Shown: positions 58,336 to 64,000 of the stretch, in pieces
Layout: each line of letters opens with the position of its first letter
How positions within the stretch are numbered: the first letter of the stretch is position 1
Assembly: GCA_964621305.1 (NCBI GenBank)
Contig: CAZUOM010000001.1
Span: 229,448 to 293,447 of the forward strand
Reading direction: 5' to 3'
From: an uncultured Gammaproteobacteria bacterium
GTDB lineage: Bacteria > Patescibacteriota > Microgenomatia > UBA10105 > UBA927
DNA length: 64,000 nucleotides
Made by a program: the position numbers and the translations under genes
The notes under the pieces: model-generated
What the model was told of the DNA's origin: nothing
Seen by the model: the letters and a program-made list of their open reading frames with translations, nothing else
Databases searched by the model: none

Positions 58336-60018
58336 CTACGATTTTTTCTGTGTTTGAATGAAAAAACCATCATCTCGTATCTCAAAGCCGGTAACAGAAA
58401 CATTCTGAAGATTCGTATTGAGATACCACATGGCCGCCGGAAGCAACCAACTTGAGGCAATACCTGCAAGTGAAAAAATATCTTCATCCGTTGCACCCTT
58501 CAGTTCATCAGGAAACGCTTCGCGCATTTGATCGGAAACTATTTCTAAACTATCCACGCGTATGCCAAGTTTATCATGATCGTCATTTACTAAAACAATG
58601 CGTCCAAAAAAACGTTCAACGTCAATCTCAATAGTTGCTCTTTTTTCTGATTTACGTTCATCGAAAATAATATTCATTTTCTTTTTATCATCATCTTTTA
58701 ATGCTTCATCAATTATGTCGCGACTGATGAAATACCCATCAGATTCGGGAGATGCATCGATGGCGGCTACTATATCCGGCTGTTTTTCCGGCACGTCCAT
58801 GTTACCGAGTACCGTAAAACCATCTTTGGTAACTTGAAAACGGGTAAATTCAATCTGCTGTCCCTCCGATTGCCTGACAAACAGCTCAGGCAAACGGGTA
58901 AACAGAAGGTGGATGCCCTCCGTCGTTTCCGGTATGTCAGAAAATTCATCTTTTTCTCCTTCTGCCATTCGTGCCAGCGGCCGTTCCATGCGTTTACCAA
59001 TGCGTATGGCCAAATCCAATATCTTTTTCACTATCGGATTGAGGACTAATTCTGTCTCGATTCCAACTTTTGAAGCATTCGAGTTGCGCACCACTACTTC
59101 TACGGAGAGGTTATTGACAAACCTCTGAAGCCTGGATAACGGCGTACCGGAAAGATTGAGCCCAAAATCCGCGTGTGCGGTGATTTCTGACGGGTTCTTC
59201 TGCGTAAGCGTGAGATGAAACTTCTTCAGATGGTTGCCCAGTATGGCTTCTTCTACTATCTCAGATACTGATTTTCCTGCGTTATCAACTTGCAATAATC
59301 GAATGCCAATGGCGGCAGCGGTATTGACGCTGTATTCTGTAAGCCCGAGCGGAATGGTGAACTCGTAGGGCAACCGTATGGTAGGCTCTTTTTCTTCTTT
59401 CTTCATTCGTTTGGGCATTTCGGGATCATCTCGGACCATCAAATCAAATACTTTGCTGTCGCCAATGTCCGGAGGCACAAAATCTTTCCCAACGCCTAAT
59501 TTTAGACGAATGGGTAGTTCTGTTGATGATATTTGCTGTATGATTTTTTCTCCTGCTTCATCTGAGAGACGATCAAAACATGGAATGACAATTTCTATCC
59601 CTTCCAAGTTAGCTGCATGAAGAAGTCGGCCCAGTTCTCCCATGGGATCAACACTAAACTCATTGGTCCACTCTTCACGCTGTATGCGATCTGTCTCTGA
59701 TACATCAATCCGATGATTTTTTTGTATGACATCTCTATCATCTGTGAAAGACCAGAAGATATGGTGTGTGAAGGGGTTAAAAAATTTACTATACGATATA
59801 TCATCCTGCGGAGAAAGAATAACCGGAATCGCTAAAATTCCATCTGGGTGTACAGATTTCAGGCCGATGGTCGCGTCGCGAGCTTCGAGTAATTTGCTCA
59901 TTGATCGTTCTCTCTGCCGAAGGCTGCCGCGAAGAAAGGAAATGGGGGCGGCAGAGCCTATCCACTCAGACCCGGCAGGATCTTCTGTGGGGATTTCAGG
60001 CACTAGAGAAGAAGGCAT
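58336..60018 (-). CDS. Hypothetical protein (560 aa)
   Basis: Long ORF. Confidence 0.7.
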   Translation of the reverse strand: MPSSLVPEIPTEDPAGSEWIGSAAPISFLRGSLRQRERSMSKLLEARDATIGLKSVHPDGILAIPVILSPQDDISYSKFFNPFTHHIFWSFTDDRDVIQKNHRIDVSETDRIQREEWTNEFSVDPMGELGRLLHAANLEGIEIVIPCFDRLSDEAGEKIIQQISSTELPIRLKLGVGKDFVPPDIGDSKVFDLMVRDDPEMPKRMKKEEKEPTIRLPYEFTIPLGLTEYSVNTAAAIGIRLLQVDNAGKSVSEIVEEAILGNHLKKFHLTLTQKNPSEITAHADFGLNLSGTPLSRLQRFVNNLSVEVVVRNSNASKVGIETELVLNPIVKKILDLAIRIGKRMERPLARMAEGEKDEFSDIPETTEGIHLLFTRLPELFVRQSEGQQIEFTRFQVTKDGFTVLGNMDVPEKQPDIVAAIDASPESDGYFISRDIIDEALKDDDKKKMNIIFDERKSEKRATIEIDVERFFGRIVLVNDDHDKLGIRVDSLEIVSDQMREAFPDELKGATDEDIFSLAGIASSWLLPAAMWYLNTNLQNVSVTGFEIRDDGFFIQTQKKS

Positions 60019-60132
60019 AAAGTAATTGTAGCATATTGCCGCTAGCGCGGCTCTTCCTCATATTAGAATCTGTATTCTAATATGTATATTCTCCTTGACA
60101 ATGCATAGACTGTCTGGTATCGTTGCTCTACC

Positions 60133-60387
60133 ATGAACACCAAAATCATCCCTATCACAGAATTCATCCGCAGGTTCGGAGTCTATAGCCAGCTTCTTCC
60201 TACGCTTTCCGGCCTTATTTTAACCCGTGAGGGCCGCCCGTTTGCGACACTCAGGGCTACGCCGGAGGAAAAAAACCGGCAACTTCTCTCTTTTTTCGGT
60301 CTCTGGAAAGGAACGGACTTGGATAGCGATCTCCTCTGGAAAACCGTTCGCAAACGCCGCAACCGCAAGGCCCTTATCTCTCTCTAA
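60133..60387 (+). CDS. Phd/YefM-like antitoxin
   Basis: KIIPITEF.R..ILTREGRP.A motif; upstream of the PIN toxin. Confidence 0.75.
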   Translation: MNTKIIPITEFIRRFGVYSQLLPTLSGLILTREGRPFATLRATPEEKNRQLLSFFGLWKGTDLDSDLLWKTVRKRRNRKALISL

Positions 60388-60390
60388 GCT

Positions 60391-60822
60391 ATGACGTATC
60401 TTTTAGATACTTCGGTCATTGTGGGATTATTACGAAGAAACCAGGCAGTGCGTGATTTCCTTGCAGCCCATCAAGACGACACGTTCACCGCCAGTACACT
60501 TTGCGTTTTTGAAATTACCAGCGGTATCTATCGTGCACCGATCAAGGATCAAGCCAGGTATCAAAGCCAGGCAAAGGCAGTATTCGGAACTCTTACGGAA
60601 CTATTGCCATTTACCACAGAGTACGCGGATATTGCCGGCGCAATCCAGGCAGAGCTTGCCAAAAAGGGTAACCTCATTGATGATATCGATATCCTTATTG
60701 CCGCAACCGCACTGGCCAATCACGCCACGCTCGTAACGCTCAATATGCGACATTTCCAGCGTATCAAGGGACTTGCCATTGTCTCCCCCACTGAGAAACG
60801 CCACCACTCGGGCCCGGCATGA
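60391..60822 (+). CDS. vapC: VapC PIN-domain toxin
   Basis: Motifs YLLDTSV, DILIAATAL and LVTLN.RHF.RI.GL. Confidence 0.92.
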   Translation: MTYLLDTSVIVGLLRRNQAVRDFLAAHQDDTFTASTLCVFEITSGIYRAPIKDQARYQSQAKAVFGTLTELLPFTTEYADIAGAIQAELAKKGNLIDDIDILIAATALANHATLVTLNMRHFQRIKGLAIVSPTEKRHHSGPA

Positions 60823-60866
60823 TCTTCTGTTGGGATTTCTGGCACAAGAGAAGAAGGCATCAGCAC

Positions 60867-61682
60867 TTATTTTGAAGTATTTTCCAAAAATTTCTCGAAT
60901 ACATCCTTTTGTGTAGCTTCCGGAGCTGCAAAAAATTCTTCTGCGTTCTGAAGATTAAACGCCTTCACCAGGGCTTTCTGCATCATGTCCAATCTTTCTG
61001 CAGTGGTTCCCGGACGAAAATTTTCTGCTAGTCCCGGTGCCCAATTTCTCAATAGATCGTACACTGTCCGATGTCCTACGTGTCTATCATAGTTATCAAG
61101 CATTTTTACAGAAAGCGCCGCAAGATCTCCTATTGCCTGCCGACGGTCCTCGCTTAAGTTTGCTCCAGTCTGATCAACTGACTCACCCTGACATCGAACG
61201 TTGAGTATGTTGATAAACAATTGACGCTCCTGCTGTGACATGCCAACCACCTTTCCCGGTTCGGTTCCAGCCTTTTTGAAAGCAATATCTGCTTGTTTAT
61301 AAAATCTCTCAATCAGTTGTTTTCGAGCTCTTTCATTTGCGGCTTCTTCTGCTTTAGATTCTCTCTCCGTTTTCCATCTCGCGCCCAACAATTTTTCTGC
61401 TTGTAATTTTTCTACCCTCGTTGCGTTTCTAAGAAACGCTTCTGAAGTAACCCGAAGATATTTATCTATTGTACGTGCTTCACCTAAGAAAGGCGCCTTA
61501 TATCCTTCCGCACGCTCTTCTTTTTTAGGAGCTAATCTAGCGACCCTCTCTGGATCCAAAGTTTTCCTCGGGTCTGTTAACGCCGCATCTGCAACAAACG
61601 CTGGCGCCTCTGGCTTCAGGGGTCCAGGACCTTTATCATGGGTTAAAGCTCTCAATGCTCCTTCTGTATCTATTGATGCCAT
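60867..61682 (-). CDS. Hypothetical protein
   Basis: 271-aa ORF. Confidence 0.65.
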   Translation of the reverse strand: MASIDTEGALRALTHDKGPGPLKPEAPAFVADAALTDPRKTLDPERVARLAPKKEERAEGYKAPFLGEARTIDKYLRVTSEAFLRNATRVEKLQAEKLLGARWKTERESKAEEAANERARKQLIERFYKQADIAFKKAGTEPGKVVGMSQQERQLFINILNVRCQGESVDQTGANLSEDRRQAIGDLAALSVKMLDNYDRHVGHRTVYDLLRNWAPGLAENFRPGTTAERLDMMQKALVKAFNLQNAEEFFAAPEATQKDVFEKFLENTSK

Positions 61683-61743
61683 ATTTTTGCCTTATCTATT
61701 CTGAATTTTAGTATCAAAAATAATCCCTTGTCAATGCCCAATT

Positions 61744-62181
61744 TCACGCGGTTGTGGCGGAGGCAACCGTTGCCCAGTCGTCCTGGTCGATAGCCGTCAA
61801 GACTGACTGCACGCGTGCTTTCTCTGCCTCGTCAGGGGCAGTATTGAGTATATCCAGCCGCTCTTGGAAATTGGCTTTCACGAGGTCTTTTTTCATCGCC
61901 AGCAGCTTGGCCCTTACGTAATCGTCAAAGTCCGGAAACTTTTGCTTCAGAAACTCCATGGCCTGGGGTTTGGTTGCAGGATCTGCCGAAAGCTTATTAA
62001 ACTCGTCAATATCCTCCTCGGTCATATAAAGCGGTAGGTCTTCTGCTGCCATGGCACTAAAGGCACCCTCTAACAGCTCGTTGGTGTAGCCTTCCCGTTC
62101 TTCGGGCGTCAAGTGGGACAGGCCCAACAGCTTAAACAAATCAAGTTCTTCCAGTGTTACTTTTTTGGGTTGATCATCCAT
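61744..62181 (-). CDS. Hypothetical acidic helical protein (DUF5663-like)
   Basis: LFKLLGL..L..EE..and P.FD.YV pattern. Confidence 0.6.
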   Translation of the reverse strand: MDDQPKKVTLEELDLFKLLGLSHLTPEEREGYTNELLEGAFSAMAAEDLPLYMTEEDIDEFNKLSADPATKPQAMEFLKQKFPDFDDYVRAKLLAMKKDLVKANFQERLDILNTAPDEAEKARVQSVLTAIDQDDWATVASATTA

Positions 62182-62221
62182 ATGTATCTATTAAAAAGCC
62201 AAAAGCCGCTGTTGTCAAGGA

Positions 62222-64000
62222 TTACTTTCTGATGAGGCTAAGCGGTATCTTAAGTTTGGCTTCCTTACCTACATAGTGCCAGAGCTCCTTTAGTTTTCTC
62301 ACTGCATCGGCTTTTGAAGTAGCATCGCCTGTTTGAGCAGATGCAACGAGGCTAGCGATTTTATCCTGATCCAATCCCGCGGGAGTAATAAGTCCCTCTA
62401 GTGTCGCAATAACATTCGTATTCTTTACCGCTTTTGCCATAGCAAGGGAACGATTCCAGTACTCAACATTGTCACTATTGGCCTTGGCCATCTCTCCTAA
62501 TATGGTATTGGTGTCTTTCCAAAGATGCGGATCGCTGACTCCTTTCTCCCTCATGTAGGCAAAAACCGTATCGCCGACGGTTTTATTGACCGTCACGGTG
62601 TCAAAGGTCGGAGCGATCGGAGCGGTCGGAGGCGCCGGGGGAACCTCAACTCTCTCCTGGAGCTTCTGATACACGTCTTTTTGCTTCATTTTCTCCAACT
62701 CCTCAGGCGTAAACGTTCTGTCTTCTGGCACAGGCGGAGCCGCTGGTGCTTCTTGGGCAGGTACTTCTCCTAGTCGAATCGCCCAGTCAAAAACAGAAAA
62801 TACATTAATGGCCTTTGCTGCGGCCGTCAAGCTCCTGCCTGTGACATAGGCAGCTTCCAGCCCAAACCTATTGATGTCACCTCTCCTAGACTCGGAGAGG
62901 ATCTGCGTAAGCTCATTGGCAAGTTCTTTATCTTCCGCTGCCGGGCTATCTTTAAGTTGCGCAATAGCACTTAGACTCATGTCTCGAAAATCCCTATACA
63001 ATTTATTGAGCCTATCTATCCTACTATTGGGACTTTGCAGGGTTTCTGGATTTTCTATGGATTTGAGATAATCAGTTTCACGGAAGTACCCCACCTCCCT
63101 ATCCCGACCTAATTGTCTGGTCATTTTAACAAGATTTAATCGAAAGAGTCGTGCGTCATGAGATGTTGAATCCAAGCCTTCTCTCACCGCAGCCTTAATG
63201 TCCTCAATATTAAAGTCAGAATTGAGTACTTCGTTGATCATTCCCCTCACTCTTTGGTTTTCCGCTCCGCGTTCAATGGAAAAGGCTCGGACGGCTAGCT
63301 GACCCGCGCGGACCTCCGTGCCCCGGCCAAGGGCGCCAAAAAACCTGCCCACCGTCTCCAATCGCCCCCGCCACCCCTTGTTTTCACTCTTTTTAAACGA
63401 CACATCCTCGGCCATCATACTCGCGAGCCCCCGTCCCCTCCACATTTCTGAAGCGCCACGCGCTCCCGAAAGAGCCGCTCCTGCCCCTGCGGCAACGAGG
63501 AGGCCTGCGCCACCGGTTAAAATCATGGCGTAATCTTTTGCCAGTGCGGTACCCACGCCAACTGCCGTGGCACCGACGAGGTCTTTGCGGCTAGCCCACA
63601 TTCCGGCAACGAAATTCTTGGTGAATTCGTAAATCTTCTTCTGACGAGGAGAAGGTGTTTCCGGAGCCACTGTTGCTCCGCCCAGTTCCGGTTTGACAAA
63701 GCGCTTATCCCACTCAGCCCGCCACCGGGTCGCTATCTCCCGCAACCATTGGCCCTTCTGAATTTGCCCTTTGCGTTCTGCAACAGGCAGATCTCTCGTC
63801 CTCCTCCTATCATCTTCCAAAGATCCCTGAAAAGCTTTACCTAGTGGTATTAATAAGGTGAGTCTGTCCTTTGCCCGCTCTATTATGCCTTTACGGGCCG
63901 CTACGGCACGAGATGTCAACTGGGCAACACTATCTTCAGACGGTTTGGTTGCCACAGGCTTCTTTTCGCCACGAGTCTTCTTCTCAGATACCGGCACCTC
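62222..64000 (-). CDS. Large hypothetical membrane-associated protein, probably 5'-truncated by the window edge
   Basis: The frame is open to the window end; Gly/Ala hydrophobic segments and a Pro-rich linker. Confidence 0.7.
   Translation of the reverse strand, partial: EVPVSEKKTRGEKKPVATKPSEDSVAQLTSRAVAARKGIIERAKDRLTLLIPLGKAFQGSLEDDRRRTRDLPVAERKGQIQKGQWLREIATRWRAEWDKRFVKPELGGATVAPETPSPRQKKIYEFTKNFVAGMWASRKDLVGATAVGVGTALAKDYAMILTGGAGLLVAAGAGAALSGARGASEMWRGRGLASMMAEDVSFKKSENKGWRGRLETVGRFFGALGRGTEVRAGQLAVRAFSIERGAENQRVRGMINEVLNSDFNIEDIKAAVREGLDSTSHDARLFRLNLVKMTRQLGRDREVGYFRETDYLKSIENPETLQSPNSRIDRLNKLYRDFRDMSLSAIAQLKDSPAAEDKELANELTQILSESRRGDINRFGLEAAYVTGRSLTAAAKAINVFSVFDWAIRLGEVPAQEAPAAPPVPEDRTFTPEELEKMKQKDVYQKLQERVEVPPAPPTAPIAPTFDTVTVNKTVGDTVFAYMREKGVSDPHLWKDTNTILGEMAKANSDNVEYWNRSLAMAKAVKNTNVIATLEGLITPAGLDQDKIASLVASAQTGDATSKADAVRKLKELWHYVGKEAKLKIPLSLIRK

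Overview
A 64 kb bacterial chromosomal segment in standard code 11. It is inferred to be Patescibacteria/CPR, Microgenomates-like, from its gene content, the N-terminally extended L1, many apparently leaderless genes and many orphan ORFs. Core genes (galU, secE-nusG-rplK-rplA, L10 leader-rplJ-rplL, coaD-DUF359, deoC, rpe, galT-like, GT4s, mreB, maf, ndk, tRNA-Arg and tRNA-Pro) alternate with accessory DNA. The accessory DNA includes a PP2C-kinase-nicotinamidase-vWA (TerY-P-like) operon, a serpin, a radical SAM plus frameshifted aminotransferase pair, a NUDT9-like Nudix, about eight intact or decaying toxin-antitoxin modules, two REP-associated tyrosine transposases with their REPs, a dead DDE IS and an IS200/IS605-type MITE. 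Three window-wide patterns are not explained by the ORF track. (1) Five unrelated accessory transcription units share a leader of promoter, optional hairpin, boxA-like 12-mer, long hairpin and strong SD; one carries the exact TGCTCTTTAACA. (2) Cargo and TA insertions are repeatedly bracketed by diverged duplicates of the adjacent host gene's start or end (rplA twice, coaD, galU, a 560-aa gene, AbiEii, a terminator), with no integrase nearby. (3) REPs and 7/8-mer repeats sit in frame inside coding sequences, including both RAYT genes at the same position. All protein calls come from reading motifs by eye; no database search was run.
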